From the NCBI GenBank assembly GCA_963827165.1, contig CAWGZR010000005.1, positions 864,001 to 928,000 of the forward strand: a DNA stretch of 64,000 nucleotides, given 5' to 3'. Under the pieces are notes generated by a model. That model made no database searches and was not told the origin of the DNA. It saw only the letters and a program-made list of their open reading frames with translations. Both the position numbers and the translations under genes were made by a program. How positions within the stretch are numbered: the stretch's first letter is position 1; every line of letters begins with the position of its first letter. Positions 1 through 10,902 of the stretch are shown here, in pieces. The stretch is from Candidatus Bathyarchaeota archaeon (lineage in GTDB: Archaea > Thermoproteota > Bathyarchaeia > Bathyarchaeales > Bathycorpusculaceae).

Positions 1-51
1 AGCAAGACACTACAAAGAAAAGGACACATAATTAGACAACAAGAATCATAG
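1..51 (+). CDS. 3' end of a gene running in from the left edge (partial)
   Basis: Frame 1 reads SKTLQRKGHIIRQQES-stop; too short to identify. Confidence 0.3.
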   Translation, partial: SKTLQRKGHIIRQQES

Positions 52-281
52 TTCTTTGAAGAATTGCTGAGAAATTTTCTGTCGGGGCCGTCCTTTCCAA
101 GCCGGCATTCTGGATTTCGATTTTTCTTGTAGTATCAAGATTCAACCTCAACTGACGAGCTGAGACTCATAACGCACGACGGCGGGATATGAATTTGTGA
201 TTTTACAATTCATAAAACTTAACTTTCAAAAACCGAGAAACTAAAAACGAGAAGATAACTTTAGCTAGTCGGTCATCCGGT

Positions 282-500
282 GTGTATCTTACGTTTTTAG
301 GGTTCATCATTTTGCTCGGAGGAATCTCCTTATGTTGGTGCTCAACAGGATTTTCCCAGGGTTCTTTTGACTCATCTTATTCAACCCTCTCAAATGGCGC
401 CGTTGCATTATTAGCAGGCGCATTTATCGCGGTAATAGGAGCGGCGTTTTTGTTTATAGGGTTATTCTCCGCCACCCATAGGCGAACCCAATATTACTAA
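282..500 (+). CDS. small two-TM membrane protein, hypothetical
   Basis: 72 aa ORF with two hydrophobic segments and a basic C-terminus. Confidence 0.5.
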   Translation: MYLTFLGFIILLGGISLCWCSTGFSQGSFDSSYSTLSNGAVALLAGAFIAVIGAAFLFIGLFSATHRRTQYY

Positions 501-628
501 CGAAATATCAGCTTGCATCCGACCGTAAAAACCAGATAAAGTATTACCAAAGACAAGGCAAGCCTCGAAAACCCTAACAATTAATAAACGACCCTAAACT
601 TATACTCAAAGCAGGAGTTTATTTTTTT

Positions 629-2716
629 ATGCAGCCAAAGCAGGAATCCAAGCCTAACCGGCTCATCAACGAAAAAAGCCCTTACCTTCTACAGCATGCT
701 TACAACCCAGTAGATTGGTACCCGTGGAGCCAGGAAGCCTTAGACAAATCCAAAACAGAAGACAAACCTATCTTTCTCAGCATAGGCTACGCAACCTGTC
801 ACTGGTGTCACGTCATGGAAATGGAGTGCTTCAACGACAAACAAGTTGCAGACTTACTTAACGAGGCATTTGTTTGCATTAAGGTTGATCGTGAAGAGCG
901 ACCTGACTTGGACGCTTCGTTCATGGCTGTTTGTCAAGCTATGGGCAGAAACTGCGGCTGGCCCCTCAACGTGATTTTGACGCCCAAGCTAAACCCCTTC
1001 TTTGTCCAAAGTTACATACCTAAACATAGTCGACCCGGAATTATAGGAATGATAGACCTTGTTCCTCAGGTCACACAGATATGGAAAATGCAGCGTTCCC
1101 AAATGGAAATAGTCGGCGCCGACATCAAAGCACGCATAGAAGCCGCTGAAAAACGAACTCCCCAAAACCAACTCAACGCTGGTGTCTTGCAGGATGCTTT
1201 TGATCGCCTCAAACTGGATTACGACAAAGAAAATGGCGGTTTTGGATTCGCTCCCAAGTTTCCTACCCCGCACAAACTCCTTTATCTGTTGCACCTCTAC
1301 GCACACACTGGAGACAAAGTTGCCCTGTCTATGGCTGAAAATTCTCTGCGTAAGATGCGTTTGGGCGGGATCTTTGATCAGCTCGGTTATGGCTTTCACA
1401 GGTACAGCACCGACCCAGAATGGATGGTCCCGCATTTTGAAAAGATGCTTTACGACCAAGCGCTGCTGACGATAGCGTATGTTGAGGCATACCAAGCGAC
1501 GGATGCCGCCAAGTTCAAGATCTCTGCAAAAGAAACCATTGAATATGTGCTTCGCGATTTGTCCGCGGGTGCCGGCGGGTTCTTCTCAGGTCAGGATGCT
1601 GATTCGGAGGGTGAAGAAGGTAAGTTTTACCTCTGGACGGTCAACGAAGTGCTTGATGTTTTGGCTCCGGCAGACGCGGAGTTAGCTGTTCACCTCTATG
1701 GCCTGAAGCCTGAAGGCAACTACGTTGGCGACACAAGGCACACAACCGGTATGAATATTCTGCATTTAGCTGAGCCCCTTGAAGATCTGGCTGCATACAA
1801 AGGCATGACAATCGATGAATTAATCATGCAGATTGGCAAAATTCGAAACGCCCTTTTTGAAGCCAGACAGAAACGCGTAGCTCCAGCGGTAGACGACAAG
1901 GTCTTAACGGACTGGAATGGCCTAATGATTGGGGCTTTAGCCAAAGCAGGAACCGTATTTGATAACAATTCTTATCTTAAAGCCGCTTCCAAGACAGCCG
2001 ACTTTATCGTGAATCACCTGCTCAAAGGCGACGTACTTTATCATCGTTACGCGAAGGGTGAAGTGGCTGTAGAAGGATTTCTGGACGACTATGCATACAC
2101 TATTTACGGGCTTGTAAATCTGTACGAAGCAAACTTCAAAGACACCTATCTTCAGGCAGCAGCTGACCTGACTAAAACCATGGTGAAAAAGTTTTGGGAC
2201 ACTCAAAATGGCGGATTCTACCAAACGCAAAACACCGTTTCAGGCATGCCGAAAATCAAGCAACTCTACGACGGTGCAACTCCGTCAGGCAACTCGATTG
2301 CGATGCTGGATCTACTGTGGCTTAGCCGCTTAAGCAATGAACCCCTGTACGATCAAATGGCGACCCGGATGACGAAGACCTTCACTGAAGAAGTCGAAGG
2401 AGCACCCGATGCCTACACGTTCTTTCTTTCAGCAGTTGACTTCCAACTTGGGCCATCCTACAACGTCACTGTCGTCGGCAACATAAACGATGATAGCATG
2501 CAGCTGATGCTTAAAGCGCTTAGGAACCCGTACGTGCCGACAACAGTCGTCCAGCTTAAACAACCTGACCCTGTGAGCTTGGTTTATCAGCAGATCGGCG
2601 GCAAAGCAACCGCCTACGTATGTCGCGACCAAACATGCTTACCCCCAACAGACAACCCATCAACTATGCTGGTGCAGCTTGGAACAAAAGAAGCGAAACC
2701 TGCCAAACCCATGTAG
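629..2716 (+). CDS. thioredoxin-domain protein of the YyaL/SSP411 (DUF255) family
   Basis: [46 protein letters not shown] and DGATPSGNS motifs; GGAG upstream. Confidence 0.93.
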   Translation: MQPKQESKPNRLINEKSPYLLQHAYNPVDWYPWSQEALDKSKTEDKPIFLSIGYATCHWCHVMEMECFNDKQVADLLNEAFVCIKVDREERPDLDASFMAVCQAMGRNCGWPLNVILTPKLNPFFVQSYIPKHSRPGIIGMIDLVPQVTQIWKMQRSQMEIVGADIKARIEAAEKRTPQNQLNAGVLQDAFDRLKLDYDKENGGFGFAPKFPTPHKLLYLLHLYAHTGDKVALSMAENSLRKMRLGGIFDQLGYGFHRYSTDPEWMVPHFEKMLYDQALLTIAYVEAYQATDAAKFKISAKETIEYVLRDLSAGAGGFFSGQDADSEGEEGKFYLWTVNEVLDVLAPADAELAVHLYGLKPEGNYVGDTRHTTGMNILHLAEPLEDLAAYKGMTIDELIMQIGKIRNALFEARQKRVAPAVDDKVLTDWNGLMIGALAKAGTVFDNNSYLKAASKTADFIVNHLLKGDVLYHRYAKGEVAVEGFLDDYAYTIYGLVNLYEANFKDTYLQAAADLTKTMVKKFWDTQNGGFYQTQNTVSGMPKIKQLYDGATPSGNSIAMLDLLWLSRLSNEPLYDQMATRMTKTFTEEVEGAPDAYTFFLSAVDFQLGPSYNVTVVGNINDDSMQLMLKALRNPYVPTTVVQLKQPDPVSLVYQQIGGKATAYVCRDQTCLPPTDNPSTMLVQLGTKEAKPAKPM

Positions 2717-2733
2717 TTAGAAAATCGGCGTGC

Positions 2734-3765
2734 TTAGAAGTTTGAAACATATTGCATCGGTGTCGGCCACCTTTCTGGAATCTTCCTTGCGCCAGCTTCA
2801 ATTTTTGTTATGCCGCTAATTCTGGCGATTTCATCCTGAATATCAAAAGATTCCTCCATATCTCTAACCATGGCCGACAATTGCAGGTCGTAATCCCCGC
2901 TTGTCTTTGTAATAATTATAACATTCTGAATTTTAGCAAGCGACTCAACTAGCGGACTCGACACGCTGCCAGGGGTTGTAAAAGCAATGTTGAAATCCAA
3001 AATTGAAGTATATCCTATTTTACTCGGGTTTATCTGGATGGAAATTTTAATTGCACCTTTTTCTTTGAGCCTATGATATCTTTTCACAACCGTATCCGTT
3101 GACAAACCCAGTTCACGCGCGATTTTAGAAAACGAAACTCTTCCATTCACCATGAGTTTATCCACTATCTGCTTATCCAACTCATCAATCATGATTCGCT
3201 CGCCAGGTGCGCAGGCGACAGGTCCTGCGTAAGTACCGTCCGTTTCTGAGGTATTTCGCCGGTTACCTGTAAAATTCAAATTCTCCGGCATATTTCTTAC
3301 TCCCGTCCAGATGTAAGTTTTCAAACCGGTCGTAGGCAGTTTACGTTTGATCAACTGCTTTACATGATCCAATTCGTTAAGGTTTCTCAATGTTGCGACT
3401 GCTCGAATGTTGTAAACACTGTCATACTGCCGATAAGCGCGTACTTCCGTTATTTTCCCAATGAGTTCCATAACCTGTTCGAGTTGCTGAGGCTCAACAC
3501 TGATGAGTAAAGTCACAAGTGCATCAAAACCGAAAGAACCAAAATTGATCTGAACAGTTGCACCATTAACTATCCCTCTTTTCTCCATCGCCTTATAACG
3601 TTTCCAAACCTTGTTCTTCGACACACCGCACCGATCTGCTATTTCATTGTAACCTGTCCTTCCGTCCCTCAGGAGACTTTTCAGAATTTCCGAATCGAGC
3701 TCTTTTATCTTAAGCAACGTTTCTTCCTTTGGCTTAATGATGAACGATTTTTCATGATTAAACAT
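2734..3765 (-). CDS. Lrp/AsnC family regulator with two tandem HTH-RAM units
   Basis: Two copies of LD..I...L..(D/N)GR......A...G.S...V.KRY..(M/L)...G.I, each followed by a RAM domain (SGDYDL). Confidence 0.88.
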   Translation of the reverse strand: MFNHEKSFIIKPKEETLLKIKELDSEILKSLLRDGRTGYNEIADRCGVSKNKVWKRYKAMEKRGIVNGATVQINFGSFGFDALVTLLISVEPQQLEQVMELIGKITEVRAYRQYDSVYNIRAVATLRNLNELDHVKQLIKRKLPTTGLKTYIWTGVRNMPENLNFTGNRRNTSETDGTYAGPVACAPGERIMIDELDKQIVDKLMVNGRVSFSKIARELGLSTDTVVKRYHRLKEKGAIKISIQINPSKIGYTSILDFNIAFTTPGSVSSPLVESLAKIQNVIIITKTSGDYDLQLSAMVRDMEESFDIQDEIARISGITKIEAGARKIPERWPTPMQYVSNF

Positions 3766-3858
3766 TTCGCATTTCCTTAGAAAAAAACGATTGAAACAGC
3801 CAAAATATGCAATTTTTGGAGACTCTTACGCGAGAACAAACCAATAAAGGACAACTGC

Positions 3859-4885
3859 CTAAAAAGTAGAAATGTATTGGCGAGGACTCGGCCATTTTTC
3901 AAGCCTCTCTAATGATGTTATTTCAACATCAATTTTCGTGACGCCTTGAACTTTTCCCAGCTGCTCCTGAACCGAAAGAAATTGAACTAAATCCTTCACC
4001 ATTGCGTATATTTCCAAATCGTAGTCCCCGGTTGTTTTCATAATGCTTATGACATCGGGTATTTTGCCTATTTCTTCGATAATTGCTAGGGAGTTTTCAT
4101 TTGAGGTTACTGCGAAAAAAATGCATATTGCCCTGTACCCGATTTTGTTCGGGTTAACTTGAATTGTGACTTTTAATACTCCGTTTTTCTTGAGTTTTTC
4201 ATATTTTCTTTTAGCTGTGCCGTATGAGATTCCAATTTCTTTGCCGACTATCTCCATGGACACGCGCCCGCCCTCTGAAAGTTTGTCAGCAATTTTTCGG
4301 TCGGTTTGATCAAGGAGCACAGATTTAGGATTGCTTCTTTGAGCCTTTATTTGATACTGGATTGGTGACTCTTCCTTTTCAGAATTGTCGTTAATTATAG
4401 CAAGGTTGTGATTCATTTCTTTTACATCTGTCCAGATCGCGGTTCTCATTTCCAAAATCGTAAAGCGTCTTTTGAATTCGTCTTTGATGACGTCCAACTG
4501 TTCAAGTGTTTTTAAAATTACGATAACGTCCAAGTTTCCTTTTACTCCCCTGCTGTAAAAAGAGTAAACTTCCGGCATTTTCTGAAGGTAACTTACAAGT
4601 TGATCTTCCTGTCGTGAGTCCACATTGATTAAAATATGCGCTACTGCCTTGTAACCGAAACTCTTGTAATTAATGTGCGTCGTCGCACCGGCAATTATTC
4701 CCATTTCTTCCATTTTCGCATAGTTTCTTTTGACGCTTTCTTTGGTTTCGCCAATTTTTTTTGCGATTTCGCTGTCGGTCTGGCGTCCGTCGGCTAGCAA
4801 CTCTTTGAGGATTTTTGCTTGGATTAAGCTAATGTGCTCGGTAAAGTCTGATTTCCCTCGGTACCCTTCATGGTACTTTTTTCAT
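3859..4885 (-). CDS. second double-unit Lrp/AsnC regulator, paralogue of 2734..3765
   Basis: Same architecture and the same C-terminal WP(S/T)P.QY(I/V)S.F tail. The frame stays open upstream of 4800 (ISLIQAKILKELLADGR); the ATG at about 4885 is out of frame by one base in an A-run. Confidence 0.82.
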
Positions 4886-5025
4886 TCTATATAAATTCAT
4901 CGTAATTTTTTTTCCTGGTTTTTCGTATGTTAGTTTGCCCTTCGAATCTACCTGGAGTCTGCATTTTTCTCCTTTCTAGAAGTATCTTCTGAACGCTGCC
5001 TTCGTCTTAACGATAAGGCTTAGCT

Positions 5026-5283
5026 TGGCCCTGACATTTCAGTCGACTTCACAGTCTATGCCAATTTCGGAGGAACCAACGGTTACTGGCCATCATCAGC
5101 TGAAAGCCACTTCAACGTTGAAAAAGCTCAATCAACAGCAGCACCAACAGCTACACCAATCAGCATGGTATAAACGTAATCAGACATCATCTAATCGGCG
5201 CGGCTATGATCATCGTGGTAATCGTCGGTATCGCAGCGCTTGCAATGCTCATCACTCAAAAACAACCCTGCATGCAGCAATAA
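5026..5283 (+). pseudogene. orphan 3' remnant of a PQQ-like beta-propeller surface protein paralogue
   Basis: Reads PDISVDFTVYANFGGTNGYWPSSAESHFNV...TAAPTATP, then after stops/shift a TM anchor IGAAMIIVVIVGIAALAMLITQKQP; matches PDISGNYTVSANFAGTNGYWSS near 8030-8095; followed by a T-rich tract. Confidence 0.8.
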
Positions 5284-5510
5284 ATATTGTAAATATCCAA
5301 ATTTTTATTCTTTTTTTTATTTTAGTCAATGAACAGTGAATTTCTTGTAAGTCGAGTTCAAGCCCATTTCTCGTTCATGGCAATTTATCTTATGAAATTG
5401 CTATTTTCTATAAAATAATGCAATTTTATTTGATATTTTTATAATTTTTGCAAAAGTTTTAAATATAAATGCGTTTGACACCATTGACCACAGAAACAGG
5501 AGAGAAAAAA

Positions 5511-8273
5511 ATGTCAAACAAATTAATGAAATCTTTTAAAAGCAAAACTGGAGCAATTGCAATCGTTGTATTCTTAATTGTTTCAATGTCAGCTTCAATC
5601 ATCCTAATGCCAACTGCAAAGGCAGCACCTGAACAATTCCAACATTCGCCTACATCAGCGTTTCACCCAATCCCGTTGGAGCAGGACAATCAGTAGAAGT
5701 CATCATGTGGCTAAACCAAGTAATCTTCAACGCCGCCATTGGAAACAACATCAGATTTGCAGACTATCAACTAACTATAACTACCCCCAATGGCGACAGC
5801 GCAATGACACAGACATTCGCAACGTATTTGGACCCAACATCAGCTCAAGACTATCAATTCACTCCGACTCAGGTAGGCACATACTCAATAAACTTCACAT
5901 TCCCCGGACAAACATACAACTTCCCAATAACATTCACAATGTTCGGTTCCAACGCTGCATATGAAGGAGCCTATTACGCACCAAGCGCTGCATCAACCAC
6001 GCTTACTGTTCAAGCATCCCCATTCGCTGCTTTCCCAGTTACTCCACTTCCAACAAGCTTCTGGACACGTCCAATATACGCGTATAACACTATTGGTCGC
6101 GATCTCATCAAACTGGCTGGGTGACTGTCGCACCGGGATACACGGTTTTCTGGGTACGTACAATGCAGGCGGAAACGGCGAACAATTAAACGGAGCAGGA
6201 GACGTTGTCGGCTCAATGACGAGCCACGTAATGTGGACTAAGCCCTCAATGGGTCCAGGAGGAGTTGTCGGTGGAAACCAAACCTCAATTGTCGGAGACT
6301 CATACTTCGAAGGCTCTGCATACAATCAAAGATACACAAATCCAATAATAGTTGATGGAATGCTCGTACTACACCGAACCAATATCTTTTGCGGGAGTAC
6401 CGGCTAGATTAAGCGGTAGCAAATATGGACCAACTGATCGGTGTTGAACTTACAACAGGAAAGCACTCTGGAGCCGCGCAGACATGCCGCAATATCTTTC
6501 GCATCGGTATATGACGTTCAAGACCCAAACCAACACGGAGTCTATCAGCCAATACTATTATGCTGTTCAGGAGGAGCTTCGCTTTTCGGCGTTATCCCAG
6601 AGAATCTGGCAGGCTTATGATGCGTTCACTGGTACTCAATGTTCTCGTAACATAACATTCCGGTAGGCGACATTACGCCTCTATGCTTGGACCAAACGGA
6701 GAAGAACTCATACTCAGCCTAACAAACTATGGCACCGCGATAGAACCGAACTGGTACATGCAGGAATGGAACTCATCAAGACTGTGGGGAAACAACTATT
6801 CTGGCGAATCCACATCACCACCAGTAGTTCCACCAGTCAGCAGTGCTAACAACGTGACGGGCGGTTGGACAGGCGGCATGATAAACGGCGCTTTCGTAGG
6901 AAGTATGTATGACTTCAACGTTTCAGTACCATTCAGACTCTTCCTTCGGATCAGGCCCAATTACTGCAGTCGACGGATTACAAGGATGTGAATTGCTAGC
7001 TACAGCGGCAACCTACCCTCGACTGGCGCGATCTTTATGGGTGCACAAAGCGACACTCCATACACGTACTTCGCATCAGCATCGCCGAAGACACAAAAGT
7101 CAGTGGGTCAATACATTGGCACCAGCCTTACAATCCACCACCAAGCAACATCACGGTTCTGGAGGCTGGAGTTGACCCGGTTAACGGAGTCTTCGTTGAA
7201 AACTACAGAGAAACCTCGCAATACGTAGGCTACAGCTTAGACACAGGGCAAAAAATCTGGGGTCCAACTGCACCTCAAGCAGACCTCAACTACTACGGCA
7301 GCCCAGCATCAGGCAGCTTAGCAAATGCATTCGCTTACGGAAACATGTACAGCAGCGCATACGCAGGAATCGTATACTGCTACGGCACAAAAACAGGCGA
7401 TATGTATGGACATACGGTAACGGCGGTTCAGGCAACAGCACAAATTCAGGTCTCGAAACTCCATTCGCCAACTATCCAACATTCGTCAACGCAATTGGCA
7501 GCGGTGTAGTATACCTTGTTACGAGTGAGCACACACCTGAAACACCATTATTCAAAGGTGGAACAGCAAGCGCTATCAACGCCACAACTGGAAAAGTAGT
7601 ATGGTCGATCTCAGACTATACAGGGGAATTCCAGACTTTCAGTTACGCAGCAGCAGACGGTTACAACACATGGTTCAACGGATATGACTCCCAAATCTAC
7701 GTCGTTGGCAGAGGACCAAGTCAAACCACAGTTACCGCCCCCGAAGCAGGTTTAGCTTCTGGACAATCCGTAGTAATTCGAGGCACGGTCATTGATATTT
7801 CAGCAGGAACAAAGCAAAATGAGCAGGCATCTAACTTTCCAAACGGAGTTCCAGTCTGTTCAGACGCAAGCATGCAAGCATGGATGGGTTACGTTTACCA
7901 ACAGCAACCAGCACCAAGCAACTTCACTGGCGTACCAGTGACAATATCTATCACAGACTCCAACCACAACACCAGAACAATAGGCACGGCAATGACCAAC
8001 GCAAACGGAATGTACACTTTGACATGGACTCCAGACATCTCAGGCAACTATACAGTTTCCGCAAACTTCGCCGGCACTAACGGTTATTGGTCATCATACG
8101 ACACCGCAAGCTTTAGCGTAATGCAAGCATCCTCAACAGCGCCACCCACAGTAACACCTGCTACCAACTTAGCCTCAAATAGCACAGTTGAATACGGAAT
8201 CGTTGCAATCATTATCGTCATAATCATAATCGGCGCAGTTCTCGCATTGCTCGTCACAAGAAAACATCCATAA
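5511..8273 (+). CDS. PQQ-binding-like beta-propeller repeat surface protein (signal peptide, C-terminal TM anchor), heavily frameshifted in its 5' two-thirds
   Basis: GGAGAG RBS and ATG at 5511; signal peptide; fragments across frames (PLPTSFWTRPI, SHVMWTKP, PIIVDG, INATTGKVVW, DSQIYVVGRGPS); continuous frame from about 7400 to the TM anchor and RKHP-stop. Confidence 0.82.
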
Positions 8274-8635
8274 GAATTGAAAAATGACCAAACCACCCCT
8301 TTCCTTTTTTTGGTATGGAAAAATTTGAGGAGAAATGAAAAAGAAATGTGGCTGAGAAGGCTCTGGTTAATATCACGCAATGGCTGCAAGAACAGTCAGG
8401 CAGATTTTTCTTTTTTCTCCTAAAAGAATTTCTTCCTTAATTTCCAGAGCCTCAGCAAACCATCCAAGAAAATCTATCTTGTCAGCAAATAGTTCCTAAC
8501 CTCGGTTTAATACAAGGTTCCGTGCTGACCTTTGAAAGAATGTCAAATTTAATGATGCACTGAAGACGCAAACAAAATTATTTGCACTTGGAAAAAGCTA
8601 AGCGGTACACTGATTAGCAATGGTATAAATGGCAA

Positions 8636-8651
8636 TTCATATTAGTATGAA
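8636..8651. promoter_or_regulatory. inverted repeat TTCATA-N4-TATGAA between a TATA-like box and the AbrB gene; candidate operator
   Basis: Perfect 6-bp arms just downstream of GTATAAAT. Confidence 0.35.
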
Positions 8652-8662
8652 ATATAGGAAAA

Positions 8663-8914
8663 GTGTGTCTTATAGTTCAAAGGAACCATGAAGGGCGATT
8701 ATACGGAACCGTCAAGGTCGGCGACAGGGGACAGATAGTTATCCCAGCCAATGCACGAAAAGAACTAGACATCAACCCCGGAGACCTCCTTTTCGTTATG
8801 ACAGGCAGAAACCACGGGGGTTTAACAATGGTCAAAGCCGATGCTATGAGAGAATTCGCAGAAAAGATAATGCAGGAACTCGAAGTTACTCAGCCTGAAA
8901 CACAAGAAACATAA
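8663..8914 (+). CDS. AbrB/MazE/SpoVT family DNA-binding protein
   Basis: GTVKVGDRGQIVIPANARKELDINPGD signature. Confidence 0.88.
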   Translation: MCLIVQRNHEGRLYGTVKVGDRGQIVIPANARKELDINPGDLLFVMTGRNHGGLTMVKADAMREFAEKIMQELEVTQPETQET

Positions 8915-8930
8915 TCCCGAGGAAAAATGA

Positions 8931-9437
8931 ATGTTTGGAAACAGCGATCAGACGCGGCAGCGCCTTCAAGGGATAATTCAGAAATTCAGAGAAAAAGAAG
9001 CCACATCGCCGGTGAAAGCGTTGACTCTTCAAGATTTGGGTTTGCCTCCTCGCTTCGAACAAGCCATGCGTCGGAGATTGGGGCAGACAGGTATTTTCGT
9101 TGAAGTAAACGGCAAATATTACCTCAATGAAGAGCGGCTTAGACAAATTCAAGAACAACGTGCAGGCAGGCCAGGTGGAGGCGGCGGATACAACAGGCAG
9201 AGACCTCCAGGATGGATGCGTTACGGCGGAATTTTGTTGATGTTGCCAGTCGGAATAATTGTTATCGCCTTCCTTTGGTTTTACTTCTTCTACCTTAATG
9301 GCGGCGGGTACTTTCCCGGTGAAATCATCCTTATCCTGCTCGTTGTTTTGGTGGTTGCATTTGTAGTTCGGATGCTGTTTTGGCGGGCAAGAAGGAATTA
9401 CATGCGGGAACGCTGGACGCAGAATAAAGCGCTCTAA
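8931..9437 (+). CDS. hypothetical membrane protein (soluble N-terminus, Gly-rich linker, two TM helices)
   Basis: 168 aa ORF 16 bp after the AbrB gene. Confidence 0.7.
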   Translation: MFGNSDQTRQRLQGIIQKFREKEATSPVKALTLQDLGLPPRFEQAMRRRLGQTGIFVEVNGKYYLNEERLRQIQEQRAGRPGGGGGYNRQRPPGWMRYGGILLMLPVGIIVIAFLWFYFFYLNGGGYFPGEIILILLVVLVVAFVVRMLFWRARRNYMRERWTQNKAL

Positions 9438-9489
9438 ATGCAAAAAATTTTTTGGGGCACAAACCCCGAATTTTATTTCTGTTTTTTGA

Positions 9490-10899
9490 TTATATTTTAT
9501 CTAGATTGAATTCTTCATGGATAGCCCGGACTACAGCTTCTCCATCTTTCTCCTTTACTACGAAAGATATGTTCAGTTCCGAGCTACCTTGTGCGATCAT
9601 GCGGATGTTTATACCTTTCTGCGCTACTGTGGTGAATATTTTTGACGCAACTCCTAAAGTGCCTTTCATGTTAGCGCCGACCACTGCGATGACTGCAACA
9701 TCGTCTTCCGATGAGATGTCGCTGACTAAACCGCCACGATCAAGCAACGCGATTTCAAGGTTGCTAATTGCCCTGCCTAAAAGTCCTCGTTTAATAACCA
9801 TCGATATGTTGGCTTCTGAAGCGGCAGTGGAGATCATCATCACGTTGATGCCGTTTTTGCCCAAGACATCAAAGACTTTGGCATAGCTTCCGGGCGCACC
9901 AACCATTCCTGCTCCGCTGACGTTCAGCATAGCAACATCTCTAATCATCGCCACGGCTTTAACGACTTCTTTTGCGTTCAAATCAGGTTCATTAGTGATC
10001 AATGTCCCTTGGTTTTCCGGGTGAAATACGCTGCGTATCCTAACCGGTACATTTTCTTTTATGACAGGTTCTAAGGCTCTTGGATGCATGGCTTTTGCGC
10101 CGAAAATCGCCATTTCAGCAGCTTCTTGATAACTCAGCTGCGGCAGCATCTTCGCTGAAGGCACGATTTTTGGATCGGTTGTCATTATGCCGTCTACGTC
10201 TGTCCAAATCCAGATCTCGTCAGCTCCCAATGCGACGCCCAAAATTGTAGCGGTGTAATCTGAGCCTCCGCGTCCCACTGTTGTTACGACTCCGTTTTGG
10301 TCTGCGGCAATGTAACCGGTAACAACTGGGATGACGCCTTTTTCCAGCAATGGACTGAGTCTTTCCCGGATTAGATGAGTGGTGAAGTTCATGAGGGGGT
10401 CTGCTTCGCCGAAGTTTGAGTCTGTTACTATGCCTGCTTCTTTGCCTGTAAAGCACTGCGTCTCCAGTTTGCAGTCTTTCATCGCTCCCCCCACAATAGG
10501 TACTGAGAGCCGTTCGCCGAAAGACAAAACGTAATCCTTCGATTTCGGCGTAAGCTCGCCAACGTAACATATACCTGTTAAGACTTTTTCCAGTTCAGCA
10601 ATCGTGTCTTCAGTGACTTGAGTTACTTCTTTCTGTATCGTCTTGCTGGAGATGGCTGATTCGATCACTGAAAGATGCTTTTTTGAAAGTTCCGCTGTGA
10701 AGGTTTGAATGTGTTTTTCGTCGCTTCTCTTGGCTTGCTCGGCAACTTCGAGTAGGCTGTTAGTTACTCCGGCCAAAGCTGAAACAACCACGGCGATTCC
10801 GCAATTGCTTTTGGCATGTTGAGCTACTATGTCGCTTACATGACGTATGTTTTTTCCGGTGGCTACGCTGCTGCCGCCAAACTTCATTACTATCTTCAT
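9490..10899 (-). CDS. lysC: aspartate kinase with two ACT domains
   Basis: VMKFGGSS, VVVSA, GRGGSDYTA, WTDVDG and GAKAMHP motifs. Confidence 0.96.
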   Translation of the reverse strand: MKIVMKFGGSSVATGKNIRHVSDIVAQHAKSNCGIAVVVSALAGVTNSLLEVAEQAKRSDEKHIQTFTAELSKKHLSVIESAISSKTIQKEVTQVTEDTIAELEKVLTGICYVGELTPKSKDYVLSFGERLSVPIVGGAMKDCKLETQCFTGKEAGIVTDSNFGEADPLMNFTTHLIRERLSPLLEKGVIPVVTGYIAADQNGVVTTVGRGGSDYTATILGVALGADEIWIWTDVDGIMTTDPKIVPSAKMLPQLSYQEAAEMAIFGAKAMHPRALEPVIKENVPVRIRSVFHPENQGTLITNEPDLNAKEVVKAVAMIRDVAMLNVSGAGMVGAPGSYAKVFDVLGKNGINVMMISTAASEANISMVIKRGLLGRAISNLEIALLDRGGLVSDISSEDDVAVIAVVGANMKGTLGVASKIFTTVAQKGINIRMIAQGSSELNISFVVKEKDGEAVVRAIHEEFNLDKI

Positions 10900-10902
10900 T
10901 TT

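Noticed and set aside
150-200. Hammerhead-like CTGACGA and tRNA-like GGCGGGATATGAA
   Set aside because: No GAAA after a stem II and no cloverleaf can be built
5025-5339. 104-aa Q/H-rich ORF from the track
   Set aside because: Out-of-frame reading of the surface-protein remnant
5026-8273. Diversity-generating retroelement (template/variable repeat pair)
   Set aside because: No reverse transcriptase in the window, and the differences between the remnant and the gene are not adenine-specific
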